From Camelus dromedarius (taxonomy: Eukaryota), in the NCBI RefSeq assembly GCF_036321535.1, contig NC_087437.1, positions 70,682,001 to 70,746,000 of the forward strand: a stretch of 64,000 nt of DNA, in the 5' to 3' direction. Below, piece after piece: positions 12,780 through 25,600 of this stretch (positions within the stretch are counted from its first letter, which is position 1; every line of letters starts with the position of its first letter). The position numbers were made by a program, and so were the translations under genes. Under the pieces are notes generated by a model. That model saw only the letters and a program-made list of their open reading frames with translations. It made no database searches and was not told the DNA's origin.

Positions 12780-12885
12780 AAACCATCTCTCTAGAATAAA
12801 ACCATCTCTCCCCTCTGCTCTGACCCTAGAACTATAACTTGGAACTAAAACCATCTCTCCCCTCCCCTCCACTCTGACCCTAGAA
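12780..12885. repeat. Local tandem duplication (three copies of aaaccatctctc, two ~49-bp units)
   Basis: 'taaaaccatctctcccctc...ctctgaccctagaa' at 12797 and 12846, with a shorter copy at 12780. Confidence 0.85.
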
Positions 12886-14087
12886 TTTCCCTTTAAGGGA
12901 GAAAAAGCAAATGTTTTGGAGCTGAATCTAGAAGTTAGAATGAGAAAAAAGGAGAGTAAAAGATACTGACAGATCAGAAATCAGTGAGCTTCCCTTCTTT
13001 TATTGGCTAAGCCAGTTATTTTACCTTGGGTTTCCTCATCAGTAAGAAGTACCTGCCTACGAAGCAACCTCTCAGCGTTCCAAGTGGGAGTAAATAAAAG
13101 CCAATTTTTCTGAGCCCTCAATACATTTTAACTCCTGGTACCACACAACTAAAATAAAATTCAAAAGCAAGATCCTTCCAGAGGTGAGTAAATTTGTGCA
13201 ACACCACACACTGGCAGTGTCCTGAGGTTCACTTGGCTGTCAATTTCAGTCATCTTCTTTCATTGGAAAGATATGTGTTGCCTTTGATAGTGAAACCCTT
13301 AAAATAAAATTTCATGTATTTGAATTTTACCCATGTTAAAAGTAACTTTCACATATTTTATTTTCTTCATTTTCAAATTTCACTTACATTGGTTCTTCCT
13401 TTCATATGGAATCAGCATTCTTTAACAGCTCTGTGGTTCTGAGTTAAATGTTTGCAGAATAGTTGTGGCTTATTTAAAAAATAAATTTCATACCTACCTT
13501 AGAGCTCATGTTGTGCTCCCTTAGCTGAAGATGACTCTTGAACAGAAACGGTTCTTAAACTCCTAGCGTTAGCCCAATTTGTCTTCAGAGAGAAGCAATG
13601 TTAGAAGTCTAGTGCTGTGCCGTCTGCATGAACACTTGTGATACATGTGGAACATATGATCTGTAGGAAAAACTCTGACCTAGAAAAATGACTTCTAATC
13701 CTTCATACCTCATTGGGGCTATCTCTTTTTTTAATGTGTTTACTGCTTTTTATAAACCATTTCAAAATATCTGTGTCAGGATAATGTTGCATAGTCCATA
13801 ACTTCGTATTTTTAGTCACCCTAGGATTAAAGAAGAATATTAGTCTGGTTGAGTTAGTAATGTAAAATTACCTTTTTATAGTATTTGGCATAATTAGCTA
13901 CCAAACAACAATTTACTTTACCAGTTGTTTCCCTAGCACTGTATCCAGATTTGTCAGGTTATATATTCAAAGTGATGTTCCTTCTAGGCATATCCTTCAG
14001 CTGTTAGACGATTCCGTAGACTGAGTATCTTAAATGTTGATGCGGCTTTTGGTTCAAGGCCAGTGTTTCTGGGCCATCAGATCAATA

Positions 14088-14320
14088 CAGGGTTTCTCAA
14101 CAGCAGCATTATGGACATTTTGGACCAGAGGATTCTTTGTTGGGGCAGATTGGTGCTGTCCTGTGCACTGTAGGGTGTTTAGCAGGATTCCTGGCCTCTA
14201 CCCACCAGATGCCAATAGCACCCCTCAGTTGGAATAATCAAAATTATCTTAAAAAGTTGTCAATTGTCCACTAGGTGTGGGGTGGGGGGGTACAAAATTA
14301 CCTCCTGTTAAGAACCACTA
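14088..14320. mobile_element. MER20 hAT-Charlie DNA transposon, full length
   Basis: Ends cagggtttctcaa and ttaagaaccacta; internal 'gctgtcctgtgcactgtagggtgtttagcaggattcctggcctctacccaccagatgccaatagcacccc'; 8-bp TSD gatcaata (14080-14087) and gattaata (14321-14328). Confidence 0.92.
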
Positions 14321-14974
14321 GATTAATAGTAAATATTACATAAAACTAGAACCACTGCTTTTTATTGTTTTTATTCATTTGTTTTTGCGGCTGTTTTTAA
14401 CGGAGTACAAAAAAAAAAAAAAAGTCATCCAAAAAAGCTCAGTAATTCTCACCTGTGAATTTCTTCCATAAACTGTGATGGATTCTATTTTAAATTTTGA
14501 CTTAATAGGCAGGACTTCAAGTTTCCTTTAAAGATTTAAGGTGTTAGAGAAGAGGTTCTAAGTTTCTGCATAGATGTATATTTTATACTTTTTATTTATT
14601 TATTGGTCAGCTTATTACAATGATCTTCCTGAAAGGTGAATCAAGCTGGCATACTGCTATTGACTTAACTAAACTCCCCTTTCAACATTTACCAGCTTCA
14701 AATAGTTTAATAGTTGATATTTTTACCCTTCGTAGCACACAGCTGAAGAGAGATCTAGTGAAAACTAAAACCAACAGGTAAATCCATTTTGGTTTTAGGC
14801 AGAAAGATGACAACTACACAAACAGGGTCCACTGACTTGAGAGGGTCCAAGACCTGGAAGAGAAATTTGGAGATCACTTGCCAAACAAAGGCACCGAAGC
14901 TTTGCTTAATTGCACTAGCCTGATTTCAACTACTTCCAAAGACTCAGAAAAGCAAGTTAACATTGACTGTATGA

Positions 14975-15145
14975 AACTCTTTAATCCTCATAATAACCCC
15001 AGGAAGTAGGTGTGGCTATTATGCCATTCTCACAGTTAAGGAAACTGGACTAGTGAGAGGTTTAGTAGCTTGGTCAAAGTCACATAGCCTGTAAGAGATG
15101 AAGACAGGTTCCAAATAAATCAGTGCTCCAGAGTTCATGATCTAG
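14975..15145 (-). mobile_element. MIR SINE
   Basis: 'tttaatcctcataataaccccaggaagtagg...cacagttaaggaaactgg...cttggtcaaagtcacatagcctgtaag'. Confidence 0.85.
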
Positions 15146-17527
15146 AGTTCTTTAAAATAGGTTAGAATTTAAAAGGAAACTGATGGACTGGATTTTAAGC
15201 ATCTATGAATAAGATATTTATCCAAAACAATAAATGAAGAAAATAATCCTTCAGATTTAAGGCAGGGAGATGGTAGGAAAGAAAAGAGTTACATACTCAA
15301 TGATCAGCTATGTTATAGTTGTACTACACTATTTTAAAAAGACTCAGCACGTATACAAGGACTTAGATAATAAAGAAATCTGCTGTCATTTAAGCGTGCA
15401 TTTCTAAGCATCCTTTTTCATATACTAAACCCATTAAAAAATTCCTAGATTTGGAATATTGTGGCTGAAAGAACATCTTGACACTTACAATTTTCTAAGC
15501 ATCAATATTTGCCAACAAGTAAATGCCCTTAGTTATGAACTTATACCTTGATACCCACTAAATGCTTAGTAACCACAAAAACATTTGTCACCTCTTTTGA
15601 TAATTTATATTTAAAAAAATAATGCCAAAATGATGCTTCACCCAGTTTTCTAACTTGTTGGCTGGAAGTGAGGCTGCCATAGACCTGGTGGAAGAGGAAC
15701 AGGGGGGTGGGCAATTGGAGCAGGTGTTTAATCACTGCAGCCTGCAATCAGATCAGCTTTTAGTGGATCCAGAATAAATTGTTTTAATCCACTGGTTATC
15801 TTCAAGTCTAATGATGTCCATGTTTCTAGTAATGATGAAATTATATATGTAGACTCATTCTTTTAAAAATTATTCGGCTTACAGTTGTGCCATGCTTATC
15901 AAGATCATTGTTCATGAATCTAGCAAAGTTAACTTTGATATACATTTTAAGAGGCATGATTACAGTATGGAAGAGAAATTCTGATGCAGTTTTCAAAAAG
16001 TAGAGAACTTTTCGTTTTATTTTTTTACACATTTCATATGTAATCTAGACTATCACAGTAGCATTTATTGTTTTCTACTTTTAAAATTATCTAACCTAAC
16101 TTACATGATTTTAGTATTTGCATCTCACTGGAAAAGGTATTTGTAGCATCTCTTTACAAAGCATTGTTACAGATGGGATTCCCACCTGTATAAATGAGAT
16201 AATCGGTCCTATTTAAAGAGAACCTCATGAATAATCTTTAAAAAGGAAGCCAAGAGTTTATCATGTATTCCAGATACTCTAAAACCCCTTTTAATGTGCC
16301 TGTTTATCTCTTGCAAATGAAGAGAACAGTGTTTCATCTTCCATGTAAGAAGTCTTCAGCAATTTACCAATCTCTAGCAATTGTAAAATCGCAGAACGGA
16401 GTCGGTGTTCTCCGATTCTGAACCTGGAGTTCCTGATAATTGAACTATGGTTGCAAAAAAGAAAAGGGTTTTGAAATCTATCACCACTTGCCAGAAGTTC
16501 TTATAAGCAAAGAAAAACCATACTTCTTTCTGTTTGCAACCAAAAGAAGTGGCTAATTAATCTTTGTTACCAGGTGAATTAACTGTATTCAGAGGAAATA
16601 GGCGACTTACAGAAAGAAAGTTTAACAGGTACTTTAGAATTCTATTATGATACGATTTAGCAACTGATGTTGGTGAGCAGATACCTGTGGTTTATAACAG
16701 GAGAGCCACTGTTAACTTGTAATATTTCTACTGAGCCAAAGGAAGTCAAGTCATTTCTAAATTGTGGAAAGCACAGTATAACTCTTCAACAAGGCCGTGT
16801 GTTTGCGGCTAATGGAGTTCTGCTCTGCATAGTACTATGACATAGTACTACTGCTAAGAACTTTACAGCCTCTTGTCTCTTCATAGGAAGACAGACATAG
16901 GGTGAAGGGAAATAAATCAAGAAAAATAGGTGGGAAAGGAGCTAGGATCAAGGATCTGAATATACAATCATGATAGATAACCCCCAATAAAAACTAGAAA
17001 ATGCAAGGGACAAAGGAAGCATGGGATTCATTTAGGATAGTAACAGTATCGAAAGGATCCAGTCTGACTTACCAGACTGGTACAGCTGGAGGAAGCACTC
17101 AGTAAAAGTTTGTTGAGTGGATAAATGAATGTAAACACCCAAAACTACAAGATCCCTAGTCCATAAGCTCAGAGAGTGGGGAAAATTAGACTTATTAGGA
17201 AACTGCCTTCATAGCCAGTTACTAAGAAATGTCAATATGACGTCTGCTAAATAACATTTATTAACAACCATGTTTGTTTGCATTTTTCTCATGGTCAATG
17301 AATTGTTATGAAATCACAAAATAGCTTGTTCTCTACTAGCTTACATTATATTAATCTAGTTTGAATTCCTTACTGATTGCCCTGTGTAAGAGACTCCAGG
17401 ATGTTATGTCATAGAAACATTGTACTCTAAATGCAGAAGGTTTTACCTAAGTGCAGAGAATTTAATGTAAGAGAAATATAACTTTTATTTTTAATACTGC
17501 CCTTAGTAATGGGCAAGTTTTTGAAGT

Positions 17528-17575
17528 TTTTTTGCTTTGTTTTTGTTTTTGTTTTTGTTTTTGTTTTTGTTTTTG
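17528..17575. repeat. (TTTTTG)n simple repeat
   Basis: Directly visible. Confidence 0.9.
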
Positions 17576-18127
17576 CCTGAAAGAGCCCAGTAACTCTCAA
17601 GTCCCTTTCCAGGTTAAGATTTAAAGCACTATCCTTTTCATACGTTTGAATATTTTGGTTGTCCATGTTCACACTATCACCTTTCTGCATACCTGGACAA
17701 ATACTGTGTCCCATCAGCTCAGCTTTCCCTGCTCAGGAAAGTTTAATTCCATCCCTATACTTGGATAATTGATTGTGCACTCTTTGTTTCAGATTATCTA
17801 TTGGTTAATTTACCAAAAATTAATAGAGCTTCCACTATATGCCAGGCAGAGCGCGAGATGCTAGGGTGAGCAAGTTATTTATAAAGGTTTTAAGCAAGCT
17901 TAGTCTTATGATCAATTCCTAAGGAATCCTAACTTGTTCTCTGGGTTCATCAGTGTCCATTTACCTTTAATGTGCTCTAGGACTGTTTTCTTTCCTCGTG
18001 GTAGTACACAAAAACCATGGCTAAGCCAGTTTTCACACTTTAATTTTTCCATGGTCTATACATAAAACATCTGCTTAGAGGCTCACAGATGCAAATTTAA
18101 CACAGTAGCCATAAGCTACACACATAC

Positions 18128-18170
18128 TGTATATGTGTGTGTGTATGTGTGTGTTTATGTGTATGTGTGT
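18128..18170. repeat. Imperfect (TG)n microsatellite
   Basis: Directly visible. Confidence 0.8.
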
Positions 18171-21100
18171 ACAGGGTAAGTAATAAACATACAAGAACTG
18201 TTTCCTATAGATCCAGATTCAAGTCATGCTTCAAGAATTGCACACATGCGAAAACATTTCCATTGGTGTTGATCAAGGCTGTCCTTCAGTTAGTTTTGTT
18301 GTAATGATTGGTGCATAGTGACATATTGACTGCTTTCGTTTCCAAACTCCAGTGTTGTTTTGTCATCTTCTCCTTCTTGAGTTGGTATATTTACAGGTTC
18401 TTAGTTCCTTGGTTTTTAGCATTAATCCTAATGTTCTGTCTAAAGTATAGTAAAGATTTCCTCGTACTTCAGTTCACTAGCACTTGAGGGGAGTCACCAT
18501 AAGTAATGATTTTGCTTTACTCCTTGGCAGCACAACCACAAACTAGACAGTGGTTCAAAATCTCAGGGTTTCCAAGGTCTGTGAAAGACCATATGTAGCC
18601 TCAGGGAACTGCTAAAATGCTCAGATTAACTGTCCAGATACAAGTTCATGAGTCTCATGAACATTTACTTTAGAGTCAGAAGAAACTCTAAAATCACCAA
18701 ATCACTGTTAAATGTCAGGGTAAACCACTTGATTTTACTGGAGGAAAATGGAACCCATTTAAGAAGCAAAATCCTAATATCCAAGATGAAGTTGACATAG
18801 AATAGCACGTGCGGGGGGAGCAGCCACGAAACCTGTGGCAGTAATTTTGGCCTCTGTAGACTTTGTTCCATGCAGCTGCTCTTTCCTTTTCCAAATTCAC
18901 ATTATAGACAAATTTTTGTTTATTCACATGAGTAGACCAACTCATGAAATGGTCTCAAGCAGCAAATGGTTTTGGAAGCCAGGTAGAGTGAACCAGTCTT
19001 TGGTTTATAAATGTGCTGTGAGGCTAATGGAATGGCTGCATTAACAATCAATTTTAACAGGGAATCAGGGGTTTGAGGATAAGAAGCTGAAATGGGTGAA
19101 GAACAACAAAGCAAACGACATGCCTGAAAAGTAAACTTGGTCATTTGAAGGAAGATGATGTGAAATCCACTTGAAAATAATGAATGGGAGGGCCAACTTG
19201 ATATGTTTTAAAGAGAATTGGTTGAGATAAGGCCTCAATTTGGCTTTGACAAGGCGATTGTCAATGTGGGGAGAGTAGGGTTCACATCTCCCCAAGTCAC
19301 GTCTTTTAATCTTTACTTATGCTGAAAAAAGATAGCAAAAAGGTACATTGTTTCTCCCTCATTACCAGACTTTTTTTCTTTGCTTTGCTTTTTCTTGTCT
19401 CCAGACTATAAATCAGTTAACTAGGCAGGGTCATTTTCAAGAGCTTTCATAATGCCAAGAGACACCAAATGGTGAGGTAGATCAAAGGGACAAAGAATTA
19501 TAGACCCACTTTCCTTAAGACCCTGAGTACAATGTGAACAGACTGCTTAGCTCCAGGCTGCAAAGCAAGTATTTTGCAACAGACCAAGTCTGGATTTCTT
19601 GGGAAGTTCTCCCTGTTGCTTTTCATAGTTTGGATAATCCACATGAACAACCCTGATTAAATCAGTTGCCCCCGGCTATGGGCAAAAGCGTAAATGGTTT
19701 TCGGGAGAGAATGATCCAAAAGCCTGCCTCCTTCTCCCTCTCTCTTTCCTCTTCTCTCTTCTCTCTCTCTATACTTCCTTGGTTGTTTATAGTTTTCCAG
19801 TTACATTTTCTCCCCTAAAATTCTCTCTAGCCGATGTAACGGGAAGTAGAGGGTATTACTGAAAAGGTGCCATTCCCCTCTTCAGTTCCTGATTCAGGTT
19901 TTGATTTTGAGTCACATTACCTGTCCTGTTGTGCTGATTATGAACAGTGTTTGAAAGGCTGTTATTTAGGGGTTGGTTATCCAACAATACTGTGGAAGGT
20001 CACCGGGCATTTGTTTCTCATGTCTGATTCTTTTTAAACCAGGCAATTACTCTATCATTTAATAATCCTTACCTCAAAGTTCACTTGAAAGAAAGCTCAT
20101 AAGATTTAAGGGGAAAAAAATCCCTAAAAATAAAAGTTAGGCTAGCCTAGGCCAGGGTGGGAAATTCCATTGTGGCTAGAAGCCCATGGCAGGTAGAGTG
20201 GAATTTAATGAAGGAAACTGCTGTGTTTTTGTGTCTTTCTGTATGTTTTTCCTTTAAAACCAAGAGCTGGGCAGGCATCCCATTCGACCTGACGTGACCC
20301 AAGCAAATTGCTTCTTATATAAAAACAACTGCAGACTTTGAGAATGTGAAAATGCACTGTATCCTTCTCCAAGTGAGGGAAAGGAAAGCCTGAGAAACAG
20401 GACGGCCCTGTCAATACTTGTTGAGCAGAACTATCACTCAAACCTGATAAAGGGAGATTAGAACAGGCTTCCTTATGCCAGAGGGATTCATTATAAGTTA
20501 GACTTCTTTCTTTATTTTTTATTCTTTTAAACAAGCACAAGTGGTAGATGGAAAATGCATTTTTTAAAGGCAGGTTTCATGTAGGAAACGATAGGATGCA
20601 CAATTTTTAAAAGCCTTTTCGTAGAACTCGCATTTTAATTAAAAAAAACTAATATTAAATTGAAAAAAGACAAAGAAAAGTATTTTCCTTTTCTGCCACA
20701 GTCTTGGACAAGCAAAGGAGAAGAGATTCAGGGTGTGTCCACTGATATTGCATTCAGATGTGTTGTCTTGGCTTGTGTACTGACAGATTTATTTAAAAAA
20801 CAAAGTTTAAAAAATGCATTGTGTGCTAGTGAAGTCACTTCATAAATCTTTTCCTTTATGAATTATTTTGATCACAAGGCTCGTTGTTTGAATCACTGAA
20901 GGACTATTCTCTCTAAAAGAAAAATGCCTTCATTTCCAAACTGTCAGTTCAAAAGCCAGCAACTTCCCCTGAACAGCATGCAGAGATCCAGAGGGGCAGA
21001 GAAAAAGAGACCACATGAGTCCTGACTCTAATATGAAGCATAATTCAGTTTAGACTTGCTGTGGTTCACAGAAGAGACACATTTTAAAAATTTGGACCCA

Positions 21101-22612
21101 GAGTCCTTACTTTGCTAATAAATGACTTAGTTTAAAATAGTGATTCTTCTTTAGGGAAAAAACAAACAAATAAAAGAACACAGCCTTTGATGCAGCTGGT
21201 CCGTCAGAGGGCGGAAGGTTAGAATTAGAATACTCTTCAAGCTGCGGCTGAATAATGAAGGGTAGGGCTTCCTAGCTGGGTAGTGACCACAGTCCCTTGG
21301 GAATATAGAGGACAAATATTACCTAATGTGTGTAAAGACTTTAAAAGTTAAGTTGATCACAAGCTGAGTGAGGAAGGTTGAATGAGGCAGCAAGGACTGA
21401 GTTCCACCAGAGAGACCTGATAGGAGCCACAGGGCTCCACTCAGCCCTCAGTTTTCTAGTTTTAAGGGATAGTACATAAGAAGTTAGGTTCTTGAGATGA
21501 ATAGCCTGCATGAAATTATTACAAGGAAGAAAGGAAAGTGAAATAACATATTGGAATATATGCATACATAGAAATCGATCAGTTGGATGAAGGTTACACT
21601 GTAGGTGATTGTGTGATGGGTAGGAATCTCTCTAACCAAAGTGTAATGTGTTTGTAGCCAAGGACCTTGTCTTATTCTTAATTTGTTTTCCCCACAGCAC
21701 CTAGACATAAAAATAAATAATTGATAATTGGTCTGTTATATCAATTTTCCATGGTAATCAATGAGATGGAGTGGTAGGTGATTGTAGGTTAAATCCTGAA
21801 GGCTGTCTGGAAGAAATGAATTTGAAACTGATTTCTAAAGGACAAGATGAGTGGACAGAACTGGACAGGCTGTTTCAGTTTAATTGAGTCCAGAGGTATT
21901 TTTTGACCACTCACTCCTTCAGTCTGAGAAAGCCACTTTACTGCTGCTTCATGAAATGAACAAGGGTTGCATGGGAAATATGGAAAGCAAATTTACATGA
22001 CAGAGAAAGCAAGTTGCTAAAATAGGAGATGAGAAGAATATTAATGGGGAATGCATACTGTTAGAATAAGTGATGAGTGCTGTCAATGAGTTTGATCTCA
22101 ATTCTGAGTAGGCAATATGAGAGTAGGATTGAAATTTGACTCTGGAGTCCGACTACCTGGCTACTTTATAAGTTCATTTATATAAAATAATTAGCAAATG
22201 CTTGCCTTAGAATGAGGTTTTTTAAATGGTGAGGATGGAGTTACCCATTTTCCCTATGCAGGTATACCACATGTTCAGATTCTATGTCATAATCAGAAAT
22301 CTCTCGTACCACTAATCTCCCAAACACATTCATTAAGGTGGCTTTCTTTATTTGTAATTCTATTTCATTTCACTCATTTAGATTATTCTGTTGAATTTAA
22401 TTATACAGATATTCAATGGCCATATTTAGTAGCTAGAATACACACCATTTTCCTAGGCACTGTGAATGATATTTTTGAAGATGAGAAAGTTAATCTTTTC
22501 TCCTAAGGAACAAGCAGTCTTTTGAGAGAGGGAAGGTTATTGACACTTTGATTATAATGCAATTTTCTAAATCAATTTCTAAATACTATCTATCATAAAA
22601 CTACATTTTTGA

Positions 22613-25600
22613 TAGCTCTGATTTTGGTAATGTAGGGGTAATTTGTACAATTTCAGGATAAATACATCCACAGATAACAATTCCAAACTCTTGTTGCAAG
22701 TTTTTTTGTTTTTTTTTAAGAAATAAGTAAACTACAATTAAAAATTGATAAACAATTACTTGAAGGTTTTGGAGAGTAACCAAAAGCAGACAGAAGCTGG
22801 AGTGAACTGTAGTGAGCAAAATCCACATTTATGATAGATTTTTCCCTCAAGGAATTCCCCATTGTATATGATGGGGGACAGTTAGGATTGAAGCAGCAAG
22901 CCACAATCTTATTGGATTGAGGTGTCAGAGGATGGAGTTCAGAGTAGCTGAAATTGAGGAAACAAATCTTGGAAATGATGAAGCCACAGAAAAAGGGCAC
23001 CCATAAACCTGAATATAAACTCTTCTAACGTTTTGGCTGATTTTTGAACTGTGCAAGTAGAAGGGAGTCTATAAAGGACTTAGAGAAAAGGAACAACTTG
23101 AAGGCCAAAAGAGCTAAGAAAATATATCTGATGAAAGGGAGACAAAACTAGGAGTGTGATGTCTATGATTTTACCTAAAACCCAGAAGGGCCACACCTTA
23201 GAAACATAGATGATGAGCCAGGGCTAAGAAATTAATTTGAGAAAAAGGGACAAAACTGCAATATTAAAAGGCCCTAACAAAGCACAAAACTAAGGCACCA
23301 CAATATCAAAGTGGTCAGCCATTTACTTAATTGCCTATTAAAATTAAAAATCCATTCTTTAGAGGAATGTAACAGAACCCAGAGTCTTATATCATACATA
23401 AGTTGCAAATGTATGACTGGACATGGAAAGAGGAAAATGGGACTGTCACATTTTATAAGACAGTCAATAGGAACAAATCCCTAGATAATCTAGATATTTA
23501 AATTAGCAGACAAGGACTTTAAAGCAAAAGTTATAAAAGCATATTCAGGACTTAAAAGAAAAAATGGTCATAAGGATGAAATGGATGAGAAAATAAGCAG
23601 AGAAGTGGAAATATTTTTAAATCTCAGAAGTTAAAACACAATATCTGAAACAAACAAAAAAACAAATAATTGGAGAGGCTTAGCAGCACGTTGGAGATAG
23701 CAGAAGAAAGTGCCAATAAACATGAATACAGACTAATAAAAATTATTAAAAAGGACTGAATAAATGTGCAAAGTATCAGTGATCTGTAGAATAATAATAT
23801 CAAACAGTCTGATATTCTTGGAGTATCTCAGAAAAAGAGAAAGTAAAAGGAATTATTAAAAAGAACCAAAGGGTTAAAGTAAGATATCTGAAATAAAAAT
23901 AATTAATTGGAAAGACTTAACAGCAGAGTGGAGATAGCAGAAAAGAAAATGGGACAGAAATTATGTTTGAAGAAATGATAGCTGAAAATGTCCAAAATTA
24001 GATGTAAAAGCAAAATTATACAAGGAAAACCACACGTAGGTATTGTTTTCAAACTTCTATAAACCAAAGATAGAGAGAAAAGTCTTGAAAGCAGCCTAAG
24101 GGATTTGGGGAATAGGTTACCTGTAGGGGAACAAGTAAATAAAATGTCAGATGATTCCTCATCATAAATGATGGAGGCTAGCAACCACAGAATGCCTTTT
24201 TTTAATGTTTAAAAAGAAAAACTATCAACTCAGAATTCTACCTACAGTAATGATATCTTACAATAATGAAAAAAATAATTTTTATATAAACAAAAATTTT
24301 TGTCAGCAGAACTCTTATAAGAAATGTGGAAGGAGGTTCTTTAGGCTGGATGGAATTGACATCAGATGGAAACTCGGTTTACAAAAAAATGAAAAGCACT
24401 AAAAGTTATAAATATCTTAAGTATATATAAAAATATCTTTTTATTTTGCTAATATTTTAGAAAATAGTGACTTTTAATGCATAAGTTATACCTTTATCAT
24501 GAATCTATGATATTTACAAATTTAAAATATATAAAAAATACTACAAAGGACAGAGTGGTGATAAATAGAATTATATTCCTGTAAGACTCATACATTTACA
24601 TGAAACAGTACAATATTAACTCTAAGTAGAAAGTGATAAGTTAAAGAGGTAGATTACCATCCCTAGAACAACTTCTAAAACCTAATACAGAAAAGTACAG
24701 CCAAAAAACTAATAGTTGATTAAAAAATGGGATAATAAATTCCAATTTAAGCCATGAAAAAAGGAAAGGAAAACAGAGGAACAAAAGAGGGAAAAAAACA
24801 GAACTCAAATAAGATAGTAAATCTTAACTCAACCATAGCAATAATTCCATTCAGACTAAAGGGTCTAAACCCTACAATTAAAATTCATATGGAATTTCAA
24901 ATAACCTAGAAAAAGAGGAACAAAGTTGGAGCACGCATACTATCTACTTCAAGACTTTCTATAAGTATAAAGACAGATTATACTAAACCTTTCCCTGCCA
25001 AAAAATAACACCTCACAAATAGGTCATTGTAACAGTATAGAGAGAGAATCCAGATCTTGACTTAAGATACGTGGTCAACAAAGATGATGACATAATTTAA
25101 TTGAGAAAAGGAAAATCTTTTCAATGAATTATGCTTGAACTGTTACAAATAAGCATACAAAAAAAAAAAAAAAAAACCCACCCAAAACCTTGGTCTCTAT
25201 CTCACACTATATGCTAAAATTAATCTGAAATGTATTAAATGCCTGGAAGAACTTAAGATTGTAAATGCTTCTAGTATGACACATGGGAAAAAAAAAAACA
25301 AAACTCACAACCTTGGGGTAGGCAAAGATTGTTTATAGGACACAGAAAGCCTTAAACACAAAATTTAAAAATTGATAAATCAGACCTCATTTAAATTAAA
25401 AACTTCTGGTTATCAAATGACACTGTTAAGAAAATGAAAAAGCAAGCAACAGACAGGGTGAAAATATTTGCATCACATGTATCAAAAAAGGTCTCATGTT
25501 CAGAAATGTGAGGAATCAATCAAATCAATAACAAGAAGACAAAGTTTAAAAACAGGCAGACAACTTGAATAGGCACTTCACAATGGAAGATCTAAAAATG

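Noticed and set aside
14736..14777. 42-nt micro-exon candidate (cccttcgtag ... CAG|GTAAAT)
   Set aside because: Moderate splice sites, an unrecognised peptide and no supporting context; pseudo-exons like this are common.
18290..18400. Minus-strand stretch reading EPVNIPTQEGEDDKTTLEFGNESSQYVTMHQSLQQN*
   Set aside because: In-frame stop immediately upstream, no pyrimidine-rich acceptor and no recognised homolog.
18644..18662. Perfect 9-bp-arm palindrome GTTCATGAG-T-CTCATGAAC
   Set aside because: Roughly one such palindrome could occur by chance in 64 kb of AT-rich DNA.
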